Notes under the pieces: model-generated | Seen by the model: only the letters and a program-made list of their open reading frames with translations | Told to the model about the DNA's origin: nothing | Database searches by the model: none | Program-made: the position numbers and the translations under genes | Shown: positions 9,224 to 18,487 of the stretch, one piece after another | How the letters are laid out: the number at the start of each line of letters is the position of its first letter | How positions within the stretch are numbered: position 1 is the stretch's first letter | Assembly: GCA_035691545.1 (NCBI GenBank) | Contig: DASSIT010000028.1 | Location: 19,348 to 83,347 of the forward strand | Length of the DNA: 64,000 nt | From: Pseudolabrys sp. | Lineage (GTDB): Bacteria > Pseudomonadota > Alphaproteobacteria > Rhizobiales > Xanthobacteraceae | Reading direction: 5' to 3'

Positions 9224-10633
9224 CTATCCAAGCGGTGCGCCGAGCAAACGAAAAACGATCGGGCCGGCAATGAGGAAACCGGCGAGCGCCGACCGCGTTC
9301 GTGGCTCTCTGATGGCTGTGAGCAGCGAAAGCGTAGCGAGCGGCACGATCGCCAAGAGCGGCAGGTAATATCGCGGGTAGGCATCGAGCATCCAGCCATA
9401 GGCGAGGTGCTGCTTGTAGGAAAATGCAATGTGAATGAAAAAAGTCGCCAAGCCGATAATCGAACCTGCGGCCACGATGATATCAAGAGGCCCTTCTTCG
9501 CCACGTTTAATGCGCCGCAACGACAAGACCACGCCGGCGCCGGCAAAGAGGGCTGTCGCCATTGGGATAATGAGCATCGAGTAGTTGAGCGCGCTACGGG
9601 TGCTCAAACTCGGCATCCATTGCTCAATGAATTGGGCGACAAAGAAAATCGTGTAGCTGATGGGCGACAGCCGCGGAGCGACATCCCAGCCGGCCGTGTG
9701 GGCGCCTGACACGAACATTTCTATGCGGCCCGGCGTATTGGGCGTAGGGCTGCCGTATTGCAGAATCAGAACAAAATACGGCGCAGCGGCCAGCAGCGCA
9801 GCCGCGGCAATCGGTAGAACCCATTCCTGCCGAAAATGGCGACGCCAGAGCAGCCACAGGAAAACGCCGCCGAGCATTCCGCCGGATAGCATCAGGCCCG
9901 TCAGTTTGGCCCATGATGCGATCAAGACGCCGCCGAGCGCCACGTACAGCCACATCGTCCGCTTCGCGGCAACGAGTTGCCATGCCCCAAGCAATGCCAG
10001 CGCTCCGCCGAAGAATGCGGCATTGTCGTTGTTAATTGATCCGGCGAGGGGGGCCAGTATCGGTATGGCGCCGATCGGCACCACGTAGGCATAGAGCTCC
10101 AGGTCTGAAAATCGCGCGAACAATGCGATTGCGAGTATTGCGGCAAGTCCAAGCGCCACGATCATGACGTTCGTCAGGCGATGAACAATGATGGCGCCCG
10201 GCCGCCCTTCAAGTCGCGGCCCGAGGCGCGCCAGAAGCAGGTAGTACGGAGGGGGAAGGTTCAGGTAGTTGAGCTGCTCGCCGAACCGGAAGCTTGCCGG
10301 ATCGAGCATGCGCATTTTATCCAGTGGGGGCCACCACTCGCCGGATTGCTGCAGGTCAGCCACGTATGATGTGTGCGCAACTTCGTCGAAGCCCTGCGTT
10401 ATATCCTTTCGCAGCGCGCCTAGTGTTCCGGCGATGACGACCAAGGCAAAGATGATGGTGCACACGCGCAGTTGCGCTGAGATCGCTTTGGCCGGCTCAC
10501 GAGGAAATGTCGGTGAGGTGAGATCCACAATCTTGGACACGAAATCAATTTGCCACGCCCGGCTTAAGAAATTGTTATGAAAACCGTTGCTTTTTTGACG
10601 GTCGTTTTCGCAGGATAAGTTCATCCGTGCCAA
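9224..10633 (-). CDS. Polytopic membrane protein, GT-C-fold (ArnT/PMT/DUF2142-like) glycosyltransferase
   Basis: FDEVAH acidic motif after TM1, LPPPYY, INND, AKLTG and RYYLP motifs; many TM helices; start uncertain. Confidence 0.72.
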   Translation of the reverse strand: MARMNLSCENDRQKSNGFHNNFLSRAWQIDFVSKIVDLTSPTFPREPAKAISAQLRVCTIIFALVVIAGTLGALRKDITQGFDEVAHTSYVADLQQSGEWWPPLDKMRMLDPASFRFGEQLNYLNLPPPYYLLLARLGPRLEGRPGAIIVHRLTNVMIVALGLAAILAIALFARFSDLELYAYVVPIGAIPILAPLAGSINNDNAAFFGGALALLGAWQLVAAKRTMWLYVALGGVLIASWAKLTGLMLSGGMLGGVFLWLLWRRHFRQEWVLPIAAAALLAAAPYFVLILQYGSPTPNTPGRIEMFVSGAHTAGWDVAPRLSPISYTIFFVAQFIEQWMPSLSTRSALNYSMLIIPMATALFAGAGVVLSLRRIKRGEEGPLDIIVAAGSIIGLATFFIHIAFSYKQHLAYGWMLDAYPRYYLPLLAIVPLATLSLLTAIREPRTRSALAGFLIAGPIVFRLLGAPLG

Positions 10634-10870
10634 TTGGCATCGAGCGGGCAGCAGCGGTGCGATATCAATGTATTAATGTTGCCGCGCGATAAACTCGATC
10701 GGCTTAATCGGCAATCCGGCTGCCGGGAATATAATTGCACGCAGTCGAGGAATCCCGAGCAGGACCCGAAATTTAAAGCGCGATCCGGCATTCGGCACAG
10801 TCAAGTCCGGCAAATCTTGATGAAGATCATGACGCTGATCTGCCGGATCAACCTTGAGTGAAATGACATA

Positions 10871-11872
10871 ATGTTGGCCGAACGGTTTCAGGCACCAGCC
10901 GCGACTGGTGCAACAGTCGGAAAGCCGCCGGGCTCGGCACTGGCCTATTTGGCCATGGCACGCCTCGATCACAGTACCAAACATATCTTCATCGTCCCGG
11001 GTTTCATGCTCGCCTACTTGCTCCGGGGCGTGCACACGGATCGACTGGGGGTTTCCATCGTTCTCGGACTAACCACCGCGGTGTGCGTGGCGTCCGCCAA
11101 TTACGTTATCAACGAATGGCTTGACCGGAATTCCGACAGGTTTCACCCCACAAAGTCGCAGCGATCTGCGGTGCAAACGCGATTGCACAAACGCATCGTA
11201 TTTTTCGAGTGGCTTGCCTTTCTTCTCGTCGGCCTCGCGAGCGCCCTAGCGACCAGCAAAACAATGTGCCTTCTTGCCGGCATCTTCGCTCTGCAGGGCG
11301 TCGCCTATAACGTTCCCCCACTCCGGACGAAGGACAAGGCGTTTCTCGACGTCATTTCGGAATCCATCAACAATCCGATACGTCTGATGATCGGATGGGC
11401 GATGGTTGACCCGACGACGCTGCCCCCGTCGTCAATCATCCTGACATGCTGGACAGGCGGCGCGTTCCTCATGGCTGCCAAGCGGCTTTCGGAATTCCGG
11501 GAGATCGTAACATCTCACGGCCGGCCTCTGCTCGAGCGATACAGGGCAAGTTTTGCGAGTTATTCGGCTGAATCGCTCACCGTCTCGTGCTTCGTCTATG
11601 CACTTTGTTCCACATTTTTCCTGGCAGTCTTTCTCATCAAATATCGCGTGGAGTACCTGCTGATTGTTCCGGTCGTGATCGCGCTTTTTGCGCAATACCT
11701 GGTCCTATCGATGGAGCCAGGATCATCGGCACAGAAGCCGGAGAAATTATTCCGCGAAAGGAGCCTCGCGGTATTGGTTGCGTTGCTGACCGCAGTGTTT
11801 TTCCTGGCGACCTTCGTGGATATTCCTCCGCTCCAGGCCTTCGTAGGCCAGCGATTCATCAGCGTCATATGA
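10871..11872 (+). CDS. UbiA-family polyprenyl-phosphate phosphoribosyltransferase (DPPR synthase/NoeC-like)
   Basis: RLDHSTKH, NYVINEWLDRNSDRFHPTKSQR, YNVPPLRTKD, FLMAAKRLSE and RASFASYS motifs. Confidence 0.82.
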   Translation: MLAERFQAPAATGATVGKPPGSALAYLAMARLDHSTKHIFIVPGFMLAYLLRGVHTDRLGVSIVLGLTTAVCVASANYVINEWLDRNSDRFHPTKSQRSAVQTRLHKRIVFFEWLAFLLVGLASALATSKTMCLLAGIFALQGVAYNVPPLRTKDKAFLDVISESINNPIRLMIGWAMVDPTTLPPSSIILTCWTGGAFLMAAKRLSEFREIVTSHGRPLLERYRASFASYSAESLTVSCFVYALCSTFFLAVFLIKYRVEYLLIVPVVIALFAQYLVLSMEPGSSAQKPEKLFRERSLAVLVALLTAVFFLATFVDIPPLQAFVGQRFISVI

Positions 11873-11914
11873 CGCGAGCGCGGCCCGCGGCCGATCCAGG
11901 AATGTCGGTCGCAC

Positions 11915-12892
11915 TTACCGCTTCTTGATACCGGCTTTCTCGATCACCTGAGACCATTTCGCAACATCGCTCTTGATGCGGTTGCTCAAATCTCCGGACG
12001 CCATGCTGCGTGCGTCCATGCCCGCCTCATTCGAAAACTTCTGCACCTCGGGTGATTTCAGCGCACTGTCCACGGCGCCATTGAGCAGCGCGACAATTTC
12101 GGCAGGCGTGCCATGGGGCACGGCGAGTCCGTTCCAGCTTGTCACTTCGTAGCCGGCGAGGCCGCTTTCGAGCACGGTCGGCACGTTCGGCAGGTTGCTC
12201 GCACGCTCGCGCCCGGTGGTGGCGATGACGGTCATCTGGCCGTTCGTGATCGGCGACTGGAAGCCGACGAAATATTCGAAGGCAGCATCGACGTCACCGC
12301 GCAACACCGCGTTCGCCAGTTCCGGTGTCGTCTTGTAGGGAATGATCGTGACGTCGAGGCCGGCCATGGCCCGGAACAGCTCCGCTGAAAGGTTCTGCGC
12401 GCTGCCGGCATTTATAGTGCCGAAGTTCATTGTGCCGGGACGTGCCTTGGCGGCGGCAACTATGTCGTTGATCGTCTTATAAGGGGAGCCGGCTTTGGTC
12501 GCGATAACGAGCCCGTAGGACGCCGTGGTCGAAATCGGCGTGAAATCCGTCTCGATATTGTAGGGCAACGACTTGAAGAGCGCTTTCGCGATCGTGAGGC
12601 CGCCACCGACCATGACAAGCGTGTATCCGTCCGGCGGGGCCTCACGGGCGGCCTGCATGCCGACAACGCCACCGGCACCCGGCCGGTTTTCAATGAAAAA
12701 CTGCTGACCAAAACGCTTGCTGAGGTCCTGCGCGACAAGCCGCATTGTCACATCGGCGATGCCGCCTGCGCCGTAAGGCACGATGATGCGCACCGGTTTT
12801 GACGGATAGGGGTCGGCTCGGACCGGCGTGCACGTCATTGCGATGAACAGCGCGAGCGATAGCCGGCAAGCAATGGATGGCGTGCGCCTCAT
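11915..12892 (-). CDS. Tripartite tricarboxylate transporter substrate-binding protein (Bug/TctC)
   Basis: YPSKPVRIIVPYGAGG, ENRPGAGG, PDGYTL and PNVPT motifs; signal peptide. Confidence 0.93.
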   Translation of the reverse strand: MRRTPSIACRLSLALFIAMTCTPVRADPYPSKPVRIIVPYGAGGIADVTMRLVAQDLSKRFGQQFFIENRPGAGGVVGMQAAREAPPDGYTLVMVGGGLTIAKALFKSLPYNIETDFTPISTTASYGLVIATKAGSPYKTINDIVAAAKARPGTMNFGTINAGSAQNLSAELFRAMAGLDVTIIPYKTTPELANAVLRGDVDAAFEYFVGFQSPITNGQMTVIATTGRERASNLPNVPTVLESGLAGYEVTSWNGLAVPHGTPAEIVALLNGAVDSALKSPEVQKFSNEAGMDARSMASGDLSNRIKSDVAKWSQVIEKAGIKKR

Positions 12893-13149
12893 GAGCAATC
12901 TGACTTCGGAAGTGACGAGAGTGAGCATTTTTTGGTTCCAGGCAGGACGCGACCGGCGCAGAGAATAGGAAGGCGGGGCACGGCTGACAATGTTCCCCGA
13001 TCGCGTTCGGCCGAACCCGCCGCGAGCACAAGCGGCTCGCTTCGTCGGCTGCCAAGCCACGCCGCTTTACGGTTCCGGACCGTTGTTCTACAGAAGCGGT
13101 CGCTCCAGCGCCGCGCAGAGCGCCGCTACCCCGTCAATGCCAAGTCGCC

Positions 13150-14004
13150 ATGCCATCGACCACGATTGATATCCATCCGCACATTATCGCCGCCGACATC
13201 AAGCGTTATCCCTTGGCGCCCCTGGGCGGCCATCAATCCGACTGGTCGCGCACACGGCCTGTGACCCTGGAGCAGCTCGTTGCGGCCATGGACGCCGCCA
13301 GGGTGCAGAAGGCTGCGATCGTGCAGGCGTCAACCTGCTACGGCCATGACAATTCCTACGTTGCCGATGCGGTAGCCACCTATCCAAAGCGGTTGACGGG
13401 CGTCTTCTCGGTCGACGTGCTGGCACCCGATGCCACGGAACGCATGCGCTACTGGCGCGGCAGGGGCTTAACGGGCATGCGGCTATTCACGTTCGGCAGC
13501 ACCATGTCCGAGCAAGCCAGCTGGCTCGACGATCCGAAGTCATATCCGGCCTGGACGTGCGCGGGCGAGCTTGGCCTTTCGGTCTGCCTGCAGATGTCGG
13601 CCAAGGCAATTCCGCAGGCGATGAGCATGGCCGAGCGATTCCCGAACGTGCGGATTATTCTTGATCACGGCGCGCGTCCGGTGCTGGAAGACGGACCGCC
13701 CTACAATGCAGCCGGCAGCCTGTTTGAAATGGCGCGCTACCCCAATATCTATCTCAAGCTCACACCGCGCGTTTTCGCCGAATCCAGGCGCGGCAAAGCG
13801 ACGCCCGATACATTTTTTCCTCGCCTCGTCGCGGAGTTCGGCGCCACGCGGCTCGCATGGGGATCGAACTATCCTTCCAGCGAGGGAGAACTGTCCGCGC
13901 TCCTGGCTGTGGCGCAACAATCGCTGGCCTGCCTGCAAAAGAGCGATCAGGATTGGATTTTCGCCAGGACGGCGCAGACCCTTTACCCGGCGCTGGCCGA
14001 TTGA
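13150..14004 (+). CDS. Amidohydrolase family protein (Amidohydro_2)
   Basis: DIHPH, VQAS..YGHDNSY, ILDH and WGSNYP motifs. Confidence 0.88.
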   Translation: MPSTTIDIHPHIIAADIKRYPLAPLGGHQSDWSRTRPVTLEQLVAAMDAARVQKAAIVQASTCYGHDNSYVADAVATYPKRLTGVFSVDVLAPDATERMRYWRGRGLTGMRLFTFGSTMSEQASWLDDPKSYPAWTCAGELGLSVCLQMSAKAIPQAMSMAERFPNVRIILDHGARPVLEDGPPYNAAGSLFEMARYPNIYLKLTPRVFAESRRGKATPDTFFPRLVAEFGATRLAWGSNYPSSEGELSALLAVAQQSLACLQKSDQDWIFARTAQTLYPALAD

Positions 14005-14015
14005 GGAGACAATCA

Positions 14016-14915
14016 GTGACGTCGAGCCTCACGAAAAGCAGGTTGTACACGCTGCTTGGAGATTATCCGAACACGGCGGCGCTCAAGAAAGGCGAGGTAA
14101 TTTCCGGCCTCGTCGCGTTTGACTTCGCCGACGTGAAAGTTTCGAATACCGCGTTCAAGCCGCTGGTACGCGAAGCGAAGTTCGATGTCGGTGAGCTGGC
14201 AATCGTCACGTTTTTGCAGGCGAAAGCCTATGGCAAGCCCTATGTGCTTATTCCAGCCACGGTGCTCGGCCGCGGCCAGCATCACACCATTGCATACAAT
14301 CCGCAGCGCGGGCCTTTGACTGCATCCGAACTGGCCGGCAAGCGCGTCGGCGTACGCGCCTATACGCAGACGACGGGCGCCTGGGTGCGCGGCTTTCTCG
14401 CCGACGATTACGGTGTCGACCCCGCGAGGATCCAATGGGTGACGTTCGAGGACCCGCATCTCGCCGAATACAAGGATCCGGAAATTGTGTCGCGCGGGCC
14501 CGGGACAAAGTCTTTGATGCAGATGCTTCTCGACGGCGAACTCGATGCCGCCATTGTCGGCGATAAACTGCCGGACGTGCGGCTGGCGCTGCTCATTCCC
14601 GATGCCGATGTGGTGGCGCGAAAATGGGCCCAGGCGCACGGCGGCGTGCCCATCAATCACATGATGGTGGTTCGCGACACGATTTCAAAAACCCGCCCGG
14701 ATGTCGTGGCGGAAATCTACCGCATGCTGCGTGAAAGCCGGCGCGCGGCGCCGCCGCCGCCGGACAACAGCGTGCTTGACCCCTGGCGCTTCGGGGTGGA
14801 GGCCAACCGCCGTTCTCTCGAAATCATCATCGACTACAGCTTCCGGCAGAAGCTGATCCCGCGAAAATTCTCGGTCGACGAGCTATTCGACGACTGCACG
14901 CGCGCGCTGGTTTAG
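14016..14915 (+). CDS. 4,5-dihydroxyphthalate decarboxylase-like / periplasmic-binding-fold protein
   Basis: FDVGELAI, LAGKRVGVRAYTQTTGAWVRG, GELDAA, PINHMMVVR and FGVEANR motifs; GGAG RBS and GTG start. Confidence 0.75.
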   Translation: MTSSLTKSRLYTLLGDYPNTAALKKGEVISGLVAFDFADVKVSNTAFKPLVREAKFDVGELAIVTFLQAKAYGKPYVLIPATVLGRGQHHTIAYNPQRGPLTASELAGKRVGVRAYTQTTGAWVRGFLADDYGVDPARIQWVTFEDPHLAEYKDPEIVSRGPGTKSLMQMLLDGELDAAIVGDKLPDVRLALLIPDADVVARKWAQAHGGVPINHMMVVRDTISKTRPDVVAEIYRMLRESRRAAPPPPDNSVLDPWRFGVEANRRSLEIIIDYSFRQKLIPRKFSVDELFDDCTRALV

Positions 14916-14971
14916 GTTTACCAGTCCATGTGCTTTGCGGCCGTGCGAGGCTAAGATTGAGCCAGGCGTCG

Positions 14972-15229
14972 TCAGCGGCGAACAGCGATCTCGATTTTTT
15001 CCAGTAGAATCTCGAATGCGTCCATCATCTCGCCGGCCGTGAGATCGGATAGCGCCGGGTCAGGGATGGGGAGGGTCATCTTTCGCAGATATTTGCGCAG
15101 CATTTCGTGTTCTTTTTCTACCTCTTTGTAATGTGTTTCGCTCATCGCATAAAATTTCTTGAACAGCTCTGCGATCATGTATTCGATGGCGCCGAGCCGA
15201 GCCTCCAGTTTAATTGCTTTTCTGTCCAT
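14972..15229 (-). CDS. Hypothetical protein (85 aa, predicted helical)
   Basis: GAGG RBS before ATG; protein-like composition (MDRKAIKLEARLGAIEYMIAELF); fills a gap between genes. Confidence 0.6.
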   Translation of the reverse strand: MDRKAIKLEARLGAIEYMIAELFKKFYAMSETHYKEVEKEHEMLRKYLRKMTLPIPDPALSDLTAGEMMDAFEILLEKIEIAVRR

Positions 15230-15373
15230 GTCGGCCTCTGATATTAGCGCTGCGACCAATTGTGCTGACCCGGTCACGAAAACGCAACATTGTGCAGGCA
15301 ACGATTTGAGTTCCACATCCGGCTTAAGCGGTCTCGGTCTTGAGCAAGGGACGCAACGGTCAAGAGCATTTCA

Positions 15374-16273
15374 ATGGAACGCAAGGAGGCATCGGATTTC
15401 CCGCAAGAGCTCCTAGATCTTTTCGACGGATACGTGCATGGCCGCATCGATCGCCGTCGATTCCTCGATGGAGTGCAAAAGTTTGCGGTCGGCGGCGTGA
15501 CGGCTGCGGCGCTCTTCGAAATGCTCCGGCCGAATTATGCCTGGGCCATACAAGTTCAGGAAAGCGACGAACGGATCAGGGCAGCGTCAGCCACCGTGCC
15601 ATCGCCGCATGGCACCGGAAGCGTGAGCGGCTATCTGGTACACCCGGCAAATGTTTCGGGAAAGCTGGCTGCAGTCCTGGTCGTCCACGAGAACCGCGGC
15701 CTCAATCCATACATAAAGGATGTGGCGCGGCGCCTGGCGATCGCCAAGTTCATCGCATTTGCGCCCGATGGGCTGACGTCTGTAGGCGGCTACCCCGGAG
15801 ATGACGAGAAAGGCGCACAACTTTTCGCCAAGGTTGACCGCGCGAAAATGGCAAACGACTTCCTCGCGGCCGCAACGTGGCTGAAATCGCGTCCGGATAG
15901 CACCGGCAAAATCGGTGCTGTCGGCTTTTGCTTCGGTGGGGGAGTTGTCAACCAGCTGGCCGTGCGGATGGGCCCTGACCTTGCGGCCGCGGTCCCATTT
16001 TACGGAGCGCAGCCGAATGCTGCCGACACGGCCAAAATCAGGGCTTCGACGCTTGCGCACTATGCCGAACTCGATACGCGGATTACGTCAGGCTGGCCGG
16101 CGTTTGACGCGGCACTGACTGCTGCGCACGTGCGGCACGAGGGTTACGTATATAAGGGAGCCAATCACGGCTTCCACAACGATACGACTCCTCGATACGA
16201 CGAAGCCGCGGCCAAACTTGCCTGGAAGCGCACGCTGGACTGGCTGGATAGATACCTGGGGACCGCGGCGTGA
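15374..16273 (+). CDS. Dienelactone hydrolase family protein (YghX-like)
   Basis: FDGYVHGRIDRRRF, HENRGLNPY, nucleophile motif GFCFGG, HGFHNDTTPRYD. Confidence 0.92.
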   Translation: MERKEASDFPQELLDLFDGYVHGRIDRRRFLDGVQKFAVGGVTAAALFEMLRPNYAWAIQVQESDERIRAASATVPSPHGTGSVSGYLVHPANVSGKLAAVLVVHENRGLNPYIKDVARRLAIAKFIAFAPDGLTSVGGYPGDDEKGAQLFAKVDRAKMANDFLAAATWLKSRPDSTGKIGAVGFCFGGGVVNQLAVRMGPDLAAAVPFYGAQPNAADTAKIRASTLAHYAELDTRITSGWPAFDAALTAAHVRHEGYVYKGANHGFHNDTTPRYDEAAAKLAWKRTLDWLDRYLGTAA

Positions 16274-16405
16274 GGACCAATACGGGCGCGCGAATGAATT
16301 CTATTTTTGGGCAGGCCTGAAGCAAATCACCCTGTAGGGAAAGTTTGCCACGGCTGCGCCGACCTATCGAATGCGCGTGTCCTGCGGATCGAGACCGTTA
16401 CGTAG

Positions 16406-17209
16406 TTACGCCGCTTTTCCCATTTTGATGAGGAGATTGCTGACTTCGGGCCAGTGCTTTTCCCCGTTCTCCTTCATGAGCTTCAGGTAATCCGGATTTT
16501 CCCATCGCCGGATCGCATCCTGAAAGCTGGGCCTTTGCTGGCAGCGAGCGTACCAGTTTGACACTTTTGGATACGGCGCGACCATTCGGAGCAAATTGAG
16601 ATGTTCGAGCCGGGCCAAATAGGGCGTGAAAGCAACATCAGCAAGAGTGTAGGCCTCGCCGGCAAGCCAGCCGTGTCCCGAAAGGCTCTGCTCCATTTCT
16701 TCAAGCAATTGAATCATGCGTTGCAGCGCCACAATAAAGTGCTGTGATTGAGGGCCCTTCTCGATGACGTCTCGTCGCCTTTCTCTTTTAAAGATGTTCG
16801 GGATCTGCTCCAGCATTTGGCGGCCCATTTCTCCCCTTTGAAGATACTGATGCCGGAACGCGATGCCAAAGCTCAGGATTGCGGCACTCGCGTCATGAAT
16901 GTCCTCATCGAGCTGTTTTATCCAGAGGCGGACTTTCGCGCGGCCGTAAGGGTCCTTTGGCTGAAGCCGCGGATCAGGAAACCGGTCCTCGAGGTACTCG
17001 AGGATGACATTCGACTCTGGTATGACATGCTCGTCATCGATCAAAGTCGGCACCACCGCGCGCCGGTTGAGTTTTCGATACCAGTCTTTCTGGTGCTCGC
17101 CGGACCGCAGCACAATATGCCGATCCTCCCATTCAAGTTTCTTCTCCGCCAGGCAGACGCGGACCTTTTGTGCGCAGAGGGACATGTCGTTGTGATAGAG
17201 CGCGAGCAT
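16406..17209 (-). CDS. Glutathione S-transferase family protein
   Basis: SLCAQKVR, VVPTL, ESNVILEYL and YTLADV motifs. Confidence 0.92.
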   Translation of the reverse strand: MLALYHNDMSLCAQKVRVCLAEKKLEWEDRHIVLRSGEHQKDWYRKLNRRAVVPTLIDDEHVIPESNVILEYLEDRFPDPRLQPKDPYGRAKVRLWIKQLDEDIHDASAAILSFGIAFRHQYLQRGEMGRQMLEQIPNIFKRERRRDVIEKGPQSQHFIVALQRMIQLLEEMEQSLSGHGWLAGEAYTLADVAFTPYLARLEHLNLLRMVAPYPKVSNWYARCQQRPSFQDAIRRWENPDYLKLMKENGEKHWPEVSNLLIKMGKAA

Positions 17210-17355
17210 CGTTACCTCGATTTTTGTGCCTCGAAAGCCGGAACGCTAGTAACGGGCCTCCGTATCGTCAACGAGATTCAATTGTGGTTCGCAAAGCGGA
17301 CGGCGGCTGAATGCTTCTACGTAACGCTCGCTTGCACGAGCGACAGGGTCATTTG

Positions 17356-17985
17356 CTATTGGAAGGTGACGGTGGCGAGGGCGCGGTTGACCTTGTCCGA
17401 CGGCCAGAGGGTAACCGGCCCCGGCGCGACGCCCCGCGTGGCGATATTGGTGCCCTGGCCGGGCCGGTTGAGGACCTGCGCTCCCGCCGCGTTGGACACC
17501 CGCACGGCACCTTCGATTAGGAACACGCCGAGCGCCTGATCGTCGATCGGCCCGCCCCAGAATTCCGTCCCGCGGATCCCGACGGTCGCGACAGACGTCG
17601 TCACGCTGACGTTGGCGCTCGCCAGCTTCGACACCTGGCCGGAGAGAAACCGGAAGGCGCCAAGCACCCTGAACTTGATCGTTCCGCGTCCCGCAGCCGG
17701 ATTGAAAACGTACCTATTGAGCGTCAGCTTCGCGTTCTCGCCGAGCGTCAGCCTCGTATTATCCTTGAAGGTAACTTCCAGCCGCCCCGCTGCGCCGGTC
17801 GTCACGGTCTCGTTGAGAAAAACGGATGCATTGAGCGCGAGCGGGCCGCCACGCGTTCCGCTCGCCTCTCCCTGTATGCGGCTGACCGCGCCGATCGCCT
17901 CCTGCGCCGCCGCGTGACCGACGGCGAAGCCAGAAAGAACTGCCACCGCAACGGCAATCAGCCGATGCAAATTGGGCCTGTCCAT
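17356..17985 (-). CDS. Exported FecR-domain protein
   Basis: Signal peptide; TTGAAGRLEVTFKDNT, ATVGIRGTEF and EGAVRV motifs. Confidence 0.82.
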   Translation of the reverse strand: MDRPNLHRLIAVAVAVLSGFAVGHAAAQEAIGAVSRIQGEASGTRGGPLALNASVFLNETVTTGAAGRLEVTFKDNTRLTLGENAKLTLNRYVFNPAAGRGTIKFRVLGAFRFLSGQVSKLASANVSVTTSVATVGIRGTEFWGGPIDDQALGVFLIEGAVRVSNAAGAQVLNRPGQGTNIATRGVAPGPVTLWPSDKVNRALATVTFQ

Positions 17986-18183
17986 CCCGAATTCCTCCCA
18001 GGGGACCAACTCTGACACAATCCGCCCGCGCGCCCAATGCCGGAATATGCAGGCGGCCACGCCGTTCAGCTTGCCCGCAGGGCTATCGCGAAGTTAATTT
18101 CCGCGATTGCGCAGAGCCGAAATTCTTGCTGCTGGACCCATCAGCCCCGTTGTAGTTGAGTTTCCTTCGGGATCCTCATCGGC

Positions 18184-18432
18184 CTATTGTTTAGCAAAGC
18201 CGCAGCGTCTAGCGGTGACTTTGCTTTCCCAGCATCCGGTTGCCATGCATTTGCCGAGATATTCCTTGCAGGCGTCGGTGCATTTCGGTGCATTATTGTA
18301 GGTCTTCTCGCAGTAGGCGAAACAGACTTGCTGCCGTTCGGTGCAAGTTTGGTTAGCCGCGAAGGTCGGCGCTGCCGGGATGGCGACGGATGAAACCCCG
18401 ACAAGAAAGATCGCTCCAATCCACCATCGCAT
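18184..18432 (-). CDS. Small secreted cysteine-rich protein (82 aa, 8 Cys)
   Basis: GGAGG RBS; signal peptide; C-x6-C-x3-C-x9-C-x3-C-x6-C-x4-C-x9-C. Confidence 0.78.
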   Translation of the reverse strand: MRWWIGAIFLVGVSSVAIPAAPTFAANQTCTERQQVCFAYCEKTYNNAPKCTDACKEYLGKCMATGCWESKVTARRCGFAKQ

Positions 18433-18487
18433 GACGGTCAGCCCTCCATTATCTGATCACCTAACTTCATGCTCATGCAAGAACCGA

